Assembly (NCBI RefSeq): GCF_009914755.1 | Contig: NC_060939.1 | Reading direction: 5' to 3' (one strand) | From: the human T2T-CHM13v2.0 reference genome, Homo sapiens | Length of the DNA stretch: 64,000 nucleotides | Part shown: positions 30,901 through 46,102 of the stretch, piece by piece | Layout: every line of letters starts with the position of its first letter | Position numbering within the stretch: position 1 is the first letter of the stretch | The notes under the pieces: generated by a model | The model's database searches: none | The model's input: the letters and a program-made list of their open reading frames with translations, nothing else | Told to the model about the DNA's origin: nothing | Translations under genes and position numbers: made by a program

Positions 30901-33900
30901 TTATTTTTTAATAGAAATTTTAATTATACATGTATAAATCTAGAGTGCTCAATGCCTTAACCAGTTAAAATAATAAACGGAATTTGGCAGAACATTTGTT
31001 CTGATTACTAGATGTTTAATGATACTTGGAACATCAAGATGCATGTGGAATTACACTCTACTAAGATGAAGACAGAATAACTTGGAAAAGATCAGATCTC
31101 ATTTTGACTTGATTCTCTTCTCCTGGAATATAGACAAACCACATTCTTTTCCTCCCCCACCTTAGATTATACTATATTACTTTTGATTGATATTCATCTC
31201 CATAATTTGTGCTTTTTGAAAGAATAATTGTTATAAGAATTACGTATTTCAGGTTTTCTCTAGTAATTGGAAGGTATGAATTTAAATCTGACTTATTTCC
31301 TAACTGATCAAACATGGACTATAATTTATGAAATATTTTCAAAATAAACATTTAACTATCCTATTCAAACTTGAAATGTCACTTCAATTTTAGTTTGACT
31401 GAGGGTTATAGATGGCTACATTTTTTTCTCCCAGGCAATTTTTCTATTTTAAATGTTATTAGCTGCCCATATTAATAATGTGAAAAGGCAGAGACAGGAT
31501 AACCTTAAAACTCATACATCATTTTTTCTTAAGTGTTTCAAAGGTTAATACCTAACCATAAAGGTTAATGATACAAGGTCAGCTGTATAACATCCACATG
31601 AAACCACATGACCGCTGTAGCGTTTCATACCATTGACATGTTGCTGTTTTGTGGAATGTATTTGTCAGTTACAAGAGATGACATGCTTGTTTGGTGCCAT
31701 GTACCCTTTATGAAAAAATGAACTGGCTCAAGTATCCATGCCAGTCATGTACTCCGAATAATTACAAACTACTTCACACTCTAAATATTTAGATCACTAG
31801 GAATTTCAACGTTAGACCATCACCTTTCCCCCGACTGCACATCAGAGCAGAAGGCTTTCTGACTGCCTGTCCTTGAACATAACACTAACACAACATATGA
31901 AACTGATTAGGAGGACTGAGGTGTTTGAAAGAAAAAAACTTTGATTTTTATAAAGATTGGCATGAAGATCATTCTTCTCAGTTGAAATTTACTTTGATAA
32001 AATACACCCCCTTCTCAACTGCAGTTGCCAAGTATAAAAACAAATGCCTACTTTCTTCTGAATCACTTTTTTATATTTGTCTCATGTATTTTTCAGATTT
32101 TCACATCAGTGTAACACAGGTAAGAATAAAAGCACAGAATTAAATCCGAATATTTACCTATGAAGAAACACTTAACAGGCCAGTACTAAAACTTGGAGCT
32201 CATAAAAGGGGAAACATGTCTTTCTGTCGTTGAGTATAATTTAGTTTCAAAAGATGGTTTTTTGGGTTTGCTATGCAAAATCCTCTAGCAACAGTCACAG
32301 TTTCTCAGTACTGGTGTTTTAAAGTTCTTTGCTTTGGGTAGTGCCTCGTTGCAGGTTTAGGAGAAAAAAATGTTAAAAGGTATTCCTGACAGCTGGCAGC
32401 CTGTCTCTCCAGTTTTTTTTTTTTTTTTTTTTCTTTTTTTAGGTAATTAGGTTGCTAATAAGCAGGGAGTGAGTGATGCTGTTGGACTCCAATGTTTGAT
32501 TCTAGGTCACAGTAGGACATAGTCAATCTGGACACTGACCCATAGCTCACAAATCAGAAAAAAATCATCTGAGAATTAGAAAATAATCTACCAAGCTCCT
32601 ATTTGTAAACCCTCAATACAATTCTTAACCTTGCAGAGATAAAGCGTTGGGGAAGAGGAAGTATTTTACAACCTTTTAATCTTAAAAAACAATAAATTTG
32701 AAATTGAGCAAAGTATTTGAAAGAGGTGGCCTTACTTTCCTCCAACTGATTTGTACATTCGTAACAGAAGCGTGTTTGAGTTTGTGTCATCTGAAGATTC
32801 TGCTCTTAAATATGCTACTTTAAACCTAAGACAGCATATTCTCAGTACAACTCACCATTATGAGTTGAGTGATGGTTTTTCTGCCCATCACTTAGACTGT
32901 AGTCAACACTTTATCTTTGGCAGAGCAATTTCCACATGGCATAAATGATGGGGCAATGGACTGGGAAGAGGCTCGACTTTCAGTCATGGTGCTTCTATCA
33001 GTTTCCTGCCTGCGTGGTCTTGAGCCCTCTTGTTGCTAACTAGAAGTAACCAGACGGTGAATCTTACAGGGTGGCCAACTTCCTTGGCTACAATAAACCC
33101 CGTTGTTGTTGTGACCATGTCACCTCCCTTTAATGTATTGAGAAAGAAAGGTTGAGAACCATTAAGCTAGATTCTAAGACCAACTCTTTTACCCTTTAGC
33201 TCCCCATCTATAAAATGAACAGGTTTCCAAAATATCACAAATTCAAGTAAGTCTATGTTGCTTCCACTTAAGCTAACGCAAATCATCATGCAAATGTTGT
33301 CTAAACGCACAACATCTGATAAATGCACATTTAAGACAGTCAGAAACAGTAAATGTCATTCTCCCAGCAGAAAGTCATAAACTGTCAAAAATATCTTTTA
33401 AAAAACCTTCTGGAAACACAGTTTTTCCACTACAGTTTTCCTTTGTCTCTGAGTTTGAAAAATATTACCTGTGAAATCACTTTGGTTTACATCCAGTTTC
33501 CACTATAGGGGAAGAAGAAAGGAAGACCAACCAGTGATTAATTTATAGACTAATGCATTACTGTGATGGCAGATTCAACTGTTTGTTGTTTAGTGAAAGT
33601 TTATGTCCGTCATGTACATGACACTGGGGATGGAAGGTAGGTGGAGGTACCTCTGCTTTCATAATTATAATGTGAGAACAAGTCTGCTAAGTGCCTAAGT
33701 CAATTCAAAATTTCCGAGGAGGAAGCCTTAGGGAATTAGAGATGGTTTCATGTATGATGAGGAACCCTTGCAGGGCACAAAGAATTGGCAAAGGTAAAAT
33801 GATGATTGTGAGAAATCCAAGTGAAAGAAAAAAGCATGCTGGAGGGAAAGTGTAGGGAAATAGCGGAAGAGAAAACCATAATAATTCCCCACCCTTTGTA

Positions 33901-35016
33901 GTCAAGTGCAGTTTAGCCCCTTCACCCGCCCCCCACCAAAAGAAAGAAAGCCAAGATAAATTGGAGGGTCTTAAATACCATGCTCAAGACTTTGAACTTA
34001 ACTTGACAGACAGTAGTGAGCCACCAGAGGTGTTTTAAGAGACGGGCAACAACCTAAATAATCGATAAGGTGGGCTGAATACACGCAAGCTATGCTCAAG
34101 GCCTATGTTAGGATGATGGGACCAGGATGCCAAGCAGTGAGTATATATGAAACCACAGAGCCCAGATTAACATAATTTGGTAATCAACTAGATGTGAAGC
34201 AGAGGGTGCAGGAGTTGTCAAGGATGCATCTGAGGTTTTTGGCCTAGACTTTTAGTTTTAGGAGAACCATGACACCGTACATATACAGGGTAGCTAAGAA
34301 AGCAGATTGCTTTTTGTCATGTTTACATTGGGAGGGGAAGAGGAGGAGGATTCAGAAGGAGACAAGTAGATGAAAATAAAGATCCCTTTCTATGGTGGGC
34401 TTATAAAACTTTTTGGATGCTCTGGTTTTGGGAATTTTAAATTTGAGATACTAAAAATATTTCCCAGTGTAGCTTTCCACAAAAACTTATCTGTAACTCA
34501 GGAAGAAGTTTGAATTCAAATAAATAGGTCTGAAAAGCACTTACACAGAGATAAGCTTGTGGCAATAAGGGAAATCTCCAAGAGACAAAATATAAAAGGT
34601 CAGGTGACTAACCAGCCACAATTTGGCGTGCTGCAGAGGCAACACTGGGAGGGCAGCAAAGAAGATAGAGAAGCACACCGTGAGGAAGAAGAAAAAAACT
34701 GCAGAATTCGCTGTCCCAGATGTTGAGGGAGGAGTTCGAGGATGTCAACACTGACTCTCCAGGATCAGAGCAAAGAAAGAAAGACAGATAGGAGACAAGT
34801 AGCACAGGACAATTACTTCATCTGTTTCAGTAGAGTTGGAACGGAATTCAAGTGGTAAGATAATTTGCTACAAGTCATTAATGTTTAAGAATTTTGCCAG
34901 TGAGAGAAGGAATGGAAGGTCAAAGCAACAGTATGGTCAAGAGAAAGGATTTCTAATGTAAAGGATAGCTGAATTTATTACTAGAAATGGGGGAAAGCAC
35001 CTGCTAAAAGAACAAC

Positions 35017-35386
35017 TGTATTAGTCTGTCCTCACACTGCTGTAAAGAACTGCCCCAGACTGGGTAATTATAAGGAAAGAGGTTTAACCGACTCACAGTT
35101 ACACATGCCTGTGGAGGCCTCAGGAAACTTACAGTCGTGGTGGAAGGGGAAGCAAACATGTCCTTCTTCACATGGTGGCAGGAAGGAGAAGAATGAGAGT
35201 CAAGCAAAGGGAGAAGCCCCTTACAAAACCATCAGATCTTGTGATAACTTACTCACTCTCACGAGAATAGCATGGGGTAACTGCTCCCATGATTTAATTA
35301 CCTCCCACCAGGTTCCTCCCATGACACGTACGGATTATGGGAACTGCAATTCGAGATTTGGGCGGGGACACAGCCAAACCATAGCA
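35017..35386 (-). mobile_element. THE1C/D solo LTR
   Basis: TG...CA termini, typical THE1 motifs, 5-bp TSD ACAAC/GCAAC. Confidence 0.9.
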
Positions 35387-37580
35387 GCAACCAAACGAGA
35401 AAAGAGCAGAAGCAGCAGTAGATGATATCAAAGAGAACAGGTGAAGAAACACCAGCCACCTGCCTTTCTTTTCCTATGCATAAGGCCAAACCTAACAACC
35501 AAGCAAAGAAATAAAGGCATTTATAGCCCATAGACAAAGGCCCTCATTCTTTATTTTCTCTCGGTTTCAGAAGAAATGCCACCTCTTTCTTCCCAGAATC
35601 TCCTGGGTCCCTGATTTCGCTGTCTTCTACATTCTCAGGAATACTTTCTCATCAACTTATTCCTTCTGGCCAGCTCCCTGCTTTACCTATTTAGATCTCT
35701 TGCTGGAAATGCTGGACTGCTCAGGCTGTTTCCTGCACCATCTACATCTACTGCATATTGATTCTCATATGCTGCATAGTAACTTGACAAATATTACCCT
35801 ACATGATCTAAACAACACTGTGGTGAAGGTAGGAGCCCCAAATTCTGGACCATCGAAAATCACAATCTAGGGAGCATCAGGGCTGTGATTCAAAGCTGAG
35901 TCTTCTGCTGCAGCCTCGTGTTCTTTCTCCTCTGCAGGGCTGTCTCTTGATGCTGGTCAAGATGCAGGCAGTAGACTGTTTCTATCTAAACATTACAAAC
36001 GACTTGGCTTGCTGTCAGACACCTAACTTTAAATGGCTAAAATCGCTTGATAAATGGTGTGAAAATTTTATGGTCCTTCCGTCAGACACCGTAATTTATT
36101 ATCACATAATGCACAGTTAGAAGAACCAAAAGAAACCATCCCACAAGGGCAAACAATGTGGAGGCAGTGGCCCTTTGACACTCAAAGGCCACAGGCATTA
36201 TATGGATCCAATAAGAGAGCTGCTTCTACGAACAAGAGAACAACCTCTTGATCTTGCAAAATATTTTTGGACACCTAAAGGCTCTTTTATTACTGTGGCT
36301 GATTAAAATGAAAAGTTTAAACGACTAAAATGTTCTTTTTGATGAGTTTTTACCATGAACTATAGACCTTGTAGTCCAGGGGGATTCAAGCCCTTTGATC
36401 CTGCGTACTCACATAAATTCAGAGTCATAAAACAACATTGGATTTGATTTTACTAGTGTAGCTGATGTTGCCAGATTTGTAATGCAATCTTGTTTTCTCC
36501 CCTCCTTGTTTTTGAGCCCATCCACCATTGTTTTATAGCAAAAGGAAAGGAGTTTCCATTTGGTTTTGGCAATCCAGTTTCAAGACTGAGCCACTTTTCT
36601 AGAACGTTGGAATTTTACAGAAAAATAATGGTCCTGTATTGTATCCATCAAAACGGGAATCAATGTTAGTTTTGCATGCTGAAAATAAAGTATCAAAAAG
36701 AAAACCCTCTTCTCATTATAATAATCACAGATTTTCATTACTTAAGATGGTTAGAGGATGATGTGGTTGAGAACAATAGTATAAGTATGAAGTAGAAAAA
36801 CTGGTGTGATTTAGTGTTTATAAATTTCCCTCAGGACTAACTGAAAATAAATTAGAAATATCAAAAGATGCCCAATTTATTCATCAATGGCAGATTATAG
36901 ATCATATCTTAGTTTACAAACTTAAGAAAAAGGACTGGTATCTGTGGGAGAAATAAAGAAAATGTTCGATAAGACATATGTTTAACAAAAAGACATGCAG
37001 TAAATATAACTTAGATGTTTAATTCACTTTCTTCTAATATCCTAATCATTTTCCTGTGTGTATGTGCAATATCATATTCCTATAACTCCTAAGACATGAA
37101 ATTTTTACTATAAAGGGTCTATGAGGGAATAAGAAGACAATTTTATTAAATCTATGTTATAAAGACCATAACAATCAATAGTGGGTCATAAAAATCGTTC
37201 ATTTTTACGGAGTAAAATATCAGTTTGGGCTCAGAGAGATCAATGTATATTTAGCCTATTCACTAGACCAAGTAATACTAATTTAACAGTTTTCACTAAC
37301 TTTATTTTTCATGGATTGCCTGAAAGATGAAACATTTCTCGCCAAGATTGTTCTGTAAGTGACACAGGACATAAGGGTCATGTGATACTTCAACAATTCT
37401 AATTGGAAAAGAGTCACCATGTAAGGGATGCTTCATTCTCCTAGGGACAATGCCTTGTGACATTTTCAGCTGCAGTCTCTTAACACCTGCTGAGGCCCCA
37501 GTGAACATTTCAGAATACGATTCATTCAGAGAAATATCATTCCAATACACATTCACTTCCTTGCCATTTGGTATGAATAT

Positions 37581-37660
37581 ATTACATTAAGCCATATAAA
37601 ATTGCTGCTTTATAAGTCAAATAGGTCAAATATCAGCAATTTAATGCAGTTCAACTTATA
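37581..37660. mobile_element. MADE2-like mariner MITE (~80 bp)
   Basis: Degenerate inverted arms 'ccatataaaattgctg' and 'cagcaatttaatgcagttcaac' around 'gtcaaataggtcaaatat'. Confidence 0.6.
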
Positions 37661-38581
37661 AACTTCATTTAGCAAATTTGAAAATTATCATTGTTCTATG
37701 TTTTCTCAGTTAATCCTTTAAATTATGTCTAAAGGATCTATTTGCCATAGATAAGGGTCATGCCATATATAGTTTTAAAACAAAACAAACAGAACTGTGT
37801 TATACAGACACCTACTGCAGCTTTCAAAGACAGTACAAGAAACTGCCCCCTGTCTACAGAGACAAGTAATTGTTCTGGTGGTGTGTATATCAAATTAAGA
37901 TAAGAGAAGTGTATCCAGTTAACAAGAGCTTTCTCATTTCATGCTCAAAAGGGTAGTGTGTTGTCAGCACCTTCTTCCTCCCTATTAATTCATTCAAGAA
38001 TTATTTATTGTATATTTACCATGTTCCAGAGGGAGAATCAAGCTGTACACATTTACAGACAAGCAACAATGACAGTTTTCATGGTTCCAGTTTCAGCAGA
38101 AGCAACCCTCAGCACCGGTAGAAAGGTAATGCTTGTTGTCAGAGAGCGTAAATTCTCTCTTGACCCTGTCTTAGAGCCACTACAATCTCTGACTTGGACA
38201 GCTGCAGTACTCCCTGCTGTCCTCTCCACATCCTCTCTGCCCTCCTCAACTTGTCCTCTGCAACAGCAGCCGGGGGCGGGGTGGGGGGGGTCTTTTGGAA
38301 ATGCAAATCTCCTCATGTCACATATTCCTCTGCTCAGAATTAGTCAGTAGATTCTAACTGTTCTGAAGATGAAATTGGGAAACCTTAAAAAGATGTACAA
38401 GACCCTTCCAGAATCTTGCCTCTTGCCTTTCTCCACCGCACTGTTTTCAACCCATAGGCCATCATCGATCAGTGAGATAGCATATTAACATATCAATTTG
38501 TGCTTTATCCAGAGCATATTTAGTAAGAGTTGAATATATCCGAGTATGTTACATGCAATAAATTGTTGAATAGAACTCATT

Positions 38582-38582
38582 C

Positions 38583-38620
<38 letters not shown>

Positions 38621-38635
38621 GACACACACACACAC
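38582..38635. repeat. (CT)n(CA)n compound STR
   Basis: Direct read. Confidence 0.95.
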
Positions 38636-41600
38636 GTAACCTGGGTCTCGATATAAATTACATTGCTTATTCTGGGTTGTAGTATAAAAAGGTTGAAAAA
38701 ATCCTACTCCAGAGCTACATTTCCCACCTCTCTCCTGTTTTTCCTGTGCTTTGGCCACACAAAGCTTCCCTGCAGTTCTCTCCAAACAAGCCAAGCTTCT
38801 CTTCACTCTTCAAACCTCTGCTTAAAGGTCAGTTCCTAAGAGTATCCTTGTCTGGACCCATGGATCTTAATTAGACCCCATCAGAGCAGCTCCACAGCAC
38901 TCATCACATTATATTTATTGGCTGGTTATTTTATCAATATCTGTTTCTCTGAATGGACTACAAGCTCCAAGAGAGTGGGGCCTATTATCTGTCCTGCTCC
39001 CTCGAGCACCTAGCACAGTGCCTGGCATCCAGGAAGCACTCAATCAATACATATTGAATGATTGAGAAAGACCTCTATTTCCTTTTGATGATTCCATTCT
39101 TAGATGAAACGGATGATCAAGTTCATAAAGCATTATTTTAAGGTGGTCCTTTGTCATTTGTTATATAGAATGTACCTATTTACAGCCATAAACATAGCAT
39201 GTACTGTCTCTGTAAGTACATTAAGCACTGCCTATGAGTATGGACTTATGTGCACTTTGCTGTGCATGTTTTTCTGTAAAATAAACTAACAATGAGTTTT
39301 CATGTGTTTAAAGCAAAAACTCTTAGTATAAAACTGGAATGTGTTTCAATCATCAAAAGAAAATGTATCTAGAAAGTTAAGAGAAAAAGGGTCAAACTGA
39401 CCTCCAGTGGTGAGATTGTGGAATGACTCCTAAAGTAATTGTAAAATACTCAGCCTATCACACAGAAGCATATATATATATATGTATATATGCAAAACAC
39501 ATTTCTTAATAATACTTCAAATTATGTTTATTATACCAATTTGCAGGAGATATAGGTCATGCCATATATTGTATCAAAACAAGTAGAAGTGTATTACATA
39601 GACACCTGTAACAGCTTTCCAAGATAGTGTATGAAATTGCCACAATCAGAAAATCTAAGTCTTGGAAAGAATCTTAGTTGAGATCTGAGACCTAACATCA
39701 GCAACTTCTATAAAAAGTTGATAATTTTAAAATGTTAACACTCAAAAAGTCTCTCCCTCCATTAGTCTCTGCGTAATATTAGGTCCTCAGTGTAAGCTGA
39801 GTGTTATTTAGCCTTTATGGTATAAATTCTGTTTTCCCAAATAAATAGTAAATCCTCTGAGTACGGAACCTATATGAGGATTAAATAAAATAATCCATGG
39901 TAAATGCTAAGTGTAGTGTCTGGCATATAGCAATATGCAACAAATGTTATCTGTTATTATCATCATTATTACCATCATTACTAAATGATGTTTTATCTCT
40001 AGCACATCTCTTGTATTTGACACGTGCTCAATTGGTGTTTACCAATCATGAGAGAGATAAAGTGTAAGAAGCCAAGTTATGTACATGAAATTATAGTTTA
40101 GAAAATTTGTCTTTACAGCAAAAACAATTTTAACACGCAATTATCTTACTCAGAACCGTTCCCCAGATCTGTGTTTTAACTCTTAGGCTGCTTATACATA
40201 TTCAGATGTTTCCTTCATAAAACTATGGCAACAGTAATATTTCCTAGGAAGAGGCAATAATGGAAATGAGCACATCATACTTTTATAACATATGAAAAGC
40301 AATGCTCATTGGAGAATTAGATATAACAGTAAATACAGAATGTTTCTTTTACCTCGGCACATAGCTTATATGGAACAAACTTTACCATCCAAAAATACAC
40401 TTTGACAGCCACAGACTTAGAGTAAACTAAACATGCTGCTGCTCATAATAAACACAATAGTTATGATAGATAGGTCATCTACCACATGCCATTGTGGCCC
40501 AGTCCCACCTAAGCTATCCCAACAGTTGTAATCAGTCAAAATGACCAAGTTACAACATTGTCACACCCACTTTAAAGGTGAGAAGCTGAAGCTCAGAAAG
40601 GTTTAAATAATTTCTTCAAGACCACACATCTAGTAGACAGCACAAACAGGATTCAAACTCAGGGAGGATTACACACCTGTTTTTCTATCCCACTATCCTA
40701 CCTAGGGTTACATTGCATTTTGTTTAATGAATGGTCACTTGACTTCATTATATGAGTTTATGCTTCAGCATGTTCTGATTCTAAGGGCCATCACTCCTAA
40801 GGACAAATATCCACCCAAAGATAGATCAGAGGCAAAGGTCAATCCAGAATCAAAGTCACATCAGGAATATTCTCACTAGGCAAGGACCTTTAAGATCTTC
40901 CAGAGGCAGTTCAGTGTACAGGGTAAGAGGGCCACCTCATAATGGTGTAATAGCTCATTCACTCCTTATATATAAAGACTGGCACATAGTAAATGCTCAA
41001 TTAAGTACCAAATATTATTATTGTTATTCCTCCAGGACACAGAGGAAGCTACAACAAATTGCAGTGAAATGGTCAAAGCACACATAATGTTACGCGCGTA
41101 TACACACAAACACACAATAAATTCACACTATGAATTCCAAAGTCTATGAGGTTGGAGTTGTTAGAAGCAGCAACTAGTACCATTTATCACACATGAACAC
41201 ACCATACAAGGAGGTGGCAGCATAGAGAACACAGCTGAATCACCCCATAGGCCTGTTAAGGAATCAGCAGTGTTGGGTATCAGGGACTATACTGGAGAAG
41301 ATTAAAGTTAAAGAACAGCTGAGCCCCGATGTTCAAATTACAAAAATCGTAACGAAGAAGTAAGGAGCTGGCAAGCTGCATAGAAGTCTAGCCACAGTAT
41401 TTTCTTACCCAATTTACAATCTTGGAAATTAACTTCTATGAGATTCAGGTTTCAAATCTCTAAGATAAATACAGGCAAACATCAAGATTATGGTGACAAG
41501 TATTAGAGGCACTTCCTCAAACTGGGCTCAGGACCAGCTATGAGAAATAAAGCTGGAAAGAGAAATTTCCCACCTGCTCCTTTCTTCCGTACCTCAGTAG

Positions 41601-44537
41601 AGAGAACAGAACACCTTATTTCTGAAACCAGTGAAATAAAAGAACTCTATTGTTTATTTTTCTTTCCTAACACTACAGAAATATCACCGTCTTTTTTTTT
41701 TTTTTTAATCACATGGGGAACTTGTGCAGATCATCCTTTATTCCTACCTTGTACAGGTCTTTGACACAGGACGAGAGAAAAAATTAAAACTTAAAAAATC
41801 ATTATACTAGGCAGTGAATACATATCAAATTTAGAAACCAGGCAGACCTGGTTGATGAATCTAGCCATTCTACTGACCAGCTGTGAAAGCTCAGGATTGC
41901 ACTTGACTCCGCTGGGTCTCAGGTAGTTCGAAATTATCTACGTGAAGCACTGAGCATGGTACCTGGCACAGAGCTGGTGCTTCCTTCTCAGTAGCCAGGA
42001 TTATAAACATCTCCAATTAAGTCAAAAAGCATGGGGTGCTCAGCATTTAATCTCTCATGTCAACACAATCTCTTACCATGCCTTCCTGAAAATGTTCTAG
42101 AACACAGACCATACCCAATTTTTTACACTAAGAGCTCATCTTTCACTTACACTTCCAAAGCTGCTGCCCTTTCAATTCCTTCAATAGCCCTTTCAGGAAA
42201 GGACAGAAGAGAGGAAGAAAGGGAAAGGGCAAGAGGGAAAGAAAAGGGAAAAGAAAAGACACAAATGTAAATGTCCATAAATATCTAAAAGCTCAAGGAA
42301 TTCTGCTTTGTATTCGTATGTTCATGAAAAAAATAAATGTTACTCAGCCTCTTTATCCTCTGTACCAGAAGTCACAATCTCAGATGTCTACAGGCTCCAG
42401 GCAATCAACATAAGTAGAGGAGACTGGCTATAAGATGATAGTAAGTGTGGGGCAGTACTTTGGCAACTAGAGCATCCATGCTTTATTTGAAAATTATTCA
42501 AAGGAAGTTTTTAAATGTTATTGTGCTCAATGAATAAACGTCTCTGGGCTGTATTTGATGGTATCACAAATTTAAGAATTCTGCAGCTTTCCTAATGCTA
42601 CCCCCCAAATAGCCTTCTACCTAAATACTGTGAGTCATGAAAAAATTTCCAGCAATGTCCAGTCAGATCAATTAACAACTATTTATTCAATTTCAGCTAG
42701 TTGCCTAGCACTGATCTAGGTAACATGGGAAAAGAAAATCTCCTAGGACTTTGGATTGAGTTGGGACAGATGCAGGGGCCCACTCTTTTCCCAGGCCAGA
42801 AATGATAGAACTTTGAAGCTAGAAGGAAACTTACGCCAGCTACTCCAATGCTTTTACTTTACAGCTGAAGAACCTAATATTTAAGAGTGATGTGTGATTG
42901 TATAGAATTTACAGAATTATTGAGTGAGGCAGGACAAGTCTGGAGAGAAGGAAACACTCCCCGTGGTGCTCTACCATGCTTTCTCCCATTTCATGAAGAG
43001 TCAAAAGCAATGGCCAACACGCAGAAACTCACCGGTTCCAGCAGTAGCCCGTCACCTAAAGTCAAAAAACTTTTGCAATAAAAAGAAAACTGTCTTGGTC
43101 CACCTGTATTGACTCATGTTCAGGGGTTAAGACTCAGCAGAAATGATTGAAGGCTGATGGTGCATGAAGGAAATGTCTAAAACCATCATTGGCCCCCATG
43201 ATACAAATGAGCAATCAACATTCTACAACAGCCTCCTTCTATATCTGAATTGTCTGAAGGCAAGACAGTATCTTGAAGGCTGAGACAAAGGGCTCCTTTT
43301 CCATGAAAATTCAAGTCCAAATGTACCTACCGGATTCTAGGTAGCCAGTCGCCCAAGAGGAATCTCAACACTAGTAAACCAGTAAATCTAGTAACCTCAC
43401 AACATTTCACAGTCACACTAAAATGATGAATTAACATATTTCTCAATATTGTCTATTTTTTCCTTTTTGGCATCTCAGTAATGAATTACACTAATATCAG
43501 CACTTAGGGGAATACCATAAGGGTTTTATGAAATCATCACATTTCATACTTGTGAAAGTTTTGTTTATTGGCCTACAAATTATTCCCTTTCCCTCACAGT
43601 ATTATCTGGGAATTAAGAGATTTAAATGTATTGTGTTGATAATGAAGAATACAAAAAAATGGAACAGGCTTGGGATTTATGCCTTTATAAATTTCGTTGT
43701 ATCAGCTCAAATAGAGTCTGCACTCAATTCTGTTTCAACAGCAATGTGTAAACTATTAGAAATGGATGAGTGGAATGTGTTGGCCACAGTAAAATGAGGA
43801 AGTCTACAAGTCTTAATGGAGGCCAGCATACCATTTCATTCTCTTGGGGACAAAAAGGTACAATGTAAGTTAATTTTCAGTTTGGCATTGATCCCTGGAT
43901 CATTTTGCAGTGGGAGTTACCAAACTAGAAATGTGACTGCATTGCACAAGGAGCAGGGGGCCTGCCAGAGGCCATCGCTCAGTGAAGTTTCCCCTCAATT
44001 AGGAAATATGCATGTGATAAATGGGGTAAACGAAAAAGATTCCCGTAAAGGAAATGTCACTATTGGCTGGTTCTTTGTCTTGCATCCCACAACCCAAAGA
44101 ACATTAGTTAAAAACAGATACAACAATCTGTCGTTTCCAAGTCCTCTACTTTCAAACTGCTTAAGGTGTTGGTCAAAAACGATATTCTTAAGCTACCAGC
44201 TCCTCACAAGCCAGACAAAGGGCATGTACTTTTCTTTCTTCCCCTTTCAAAATTGAAGAAGTAGAGATCCAAAGAAGTCCTACTAATCCCATGCTCAGGC
44301 TTCCCTTTTGTCATAAAGATTTGGGTATCCTACAGAGTTTCACTTACCTTTCCAGAGCTGCATCCCTTCACAGAGTGACACATCTGAGAAGACACTGGAA
44401 GATTAGAGGACTACATTCAGAGTGTAACTGAAAACCTAAACACATTGCTCCACAGAGGCAAGTAGATGGACTAGAGACCTGCTGACTAGGAAGGAGAACT
44501 TCCACGAGTAACTAAAAGGTTAAAAACGGGAGGCAGT

Positions 44538-45076
<539 letters not shown>

Positions 45077-45372
45077 TTAGGGTAGTATCCCAAACAATGG
45101 GTTTCTTGAAGAAAAAGGATTATGTTGGAAATAAGCTATACAGCATTCTCTTTATAGTTCTTCCCTGTACGTGGTAAAGCTCAAACACAGCAATAGATAT
45201 TTCTCAAATATATTTGACCATGAAAACATTTTGTCAAGAGGCATTTCAAAGTATCACTGTTCAGTGGATTCTGTCTTGGGAAAAGCTAGTTTAGACCACC
45301 CTGATATAAAGCACACAGGCACAAGTACAGCAGGAAGATCACAGACAAGTCACCCTTAAAGAATAAATCCAC

Positions 45373-45671
45373 GGCCAGGCACAGTGGCTCATGCCTGTAA
45401 TCCCAGCACTTTGGGAGGCCGAGACGGGTGGATCACTTGTGGTCAGGAGTTCAAGATCAGCCTGGCCAACATGGCCAAACCCTGTCTCAACTAAAAATAC
45501 AAAAATTAGCTGGATGTGGTAGCACATGCTTGTAATTCCAGCTACTCAAGAGGCTGAGGCAAGAGAACCGCTTAAATCTGGGAGGCGGAGGTTGCAGTGA
45601 GCCGAGATCACAGCATTTCAATCTAGCTTGGGTAACAAGAGTAAGACTCCGTCTCAAAAAGAAAAAAAAAA
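45373..45671 (+). mobile_element. AluS
   Basis: Full Alu with A-tail. Confidence 0.93.
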
Positions 45672-45908
45672 GTGTAGCAATTTACATTTACCTTCCCCTT
45701 ATAGTTCAAAAGCAAAGATTTATTGATTATTTAAATGAATCAATTTCTGGTACACATGTTTATACACCTTTACTTAAAGTAAGTACTTGGATGATTTTGC
45801 CATTCAAATCTCCAGCGGGAGGGTGGTTGCAGGTCATTTCCCATGACTTCACTGTTTTATGTCATTTATAATATCCACAACATAATTCTTCAGTTTTGTC
45901 CAAGTGCG

Positions 45909-46102
45909 TCCCCCCTCATCCTCCTCCTCCTCCCACTTCCCCCCCCACCTCCCCCCATCCTCCTCCTCCTCCCTCCTCCTCGAGTTTAGAGTGGTCTTTG
46001 TGCTTTTTTTTTTGGTTGAGGACATATTTGGGACATTGGACTTTCCTCCTCCTCCCCCTCCCCTTCCGCCTCCCCCTTCCCCCTCCTCCTCCTCCTCCTC
46101 TT
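45909..46102. repeat. Two C-rich (CCT)n low-complexity tracts
   Basis: Tracts at about 45909-45981 and 46041-46102 with a ~60-nt spacer. Confidence 0.9.

Noticed and set aside
32412-32450. Poly(T)-AG|GTAATT recursive-splice-like motif
   Set aside because: On the plus strand, antisense to FMN1; no evidence of a plus-strand transcript.
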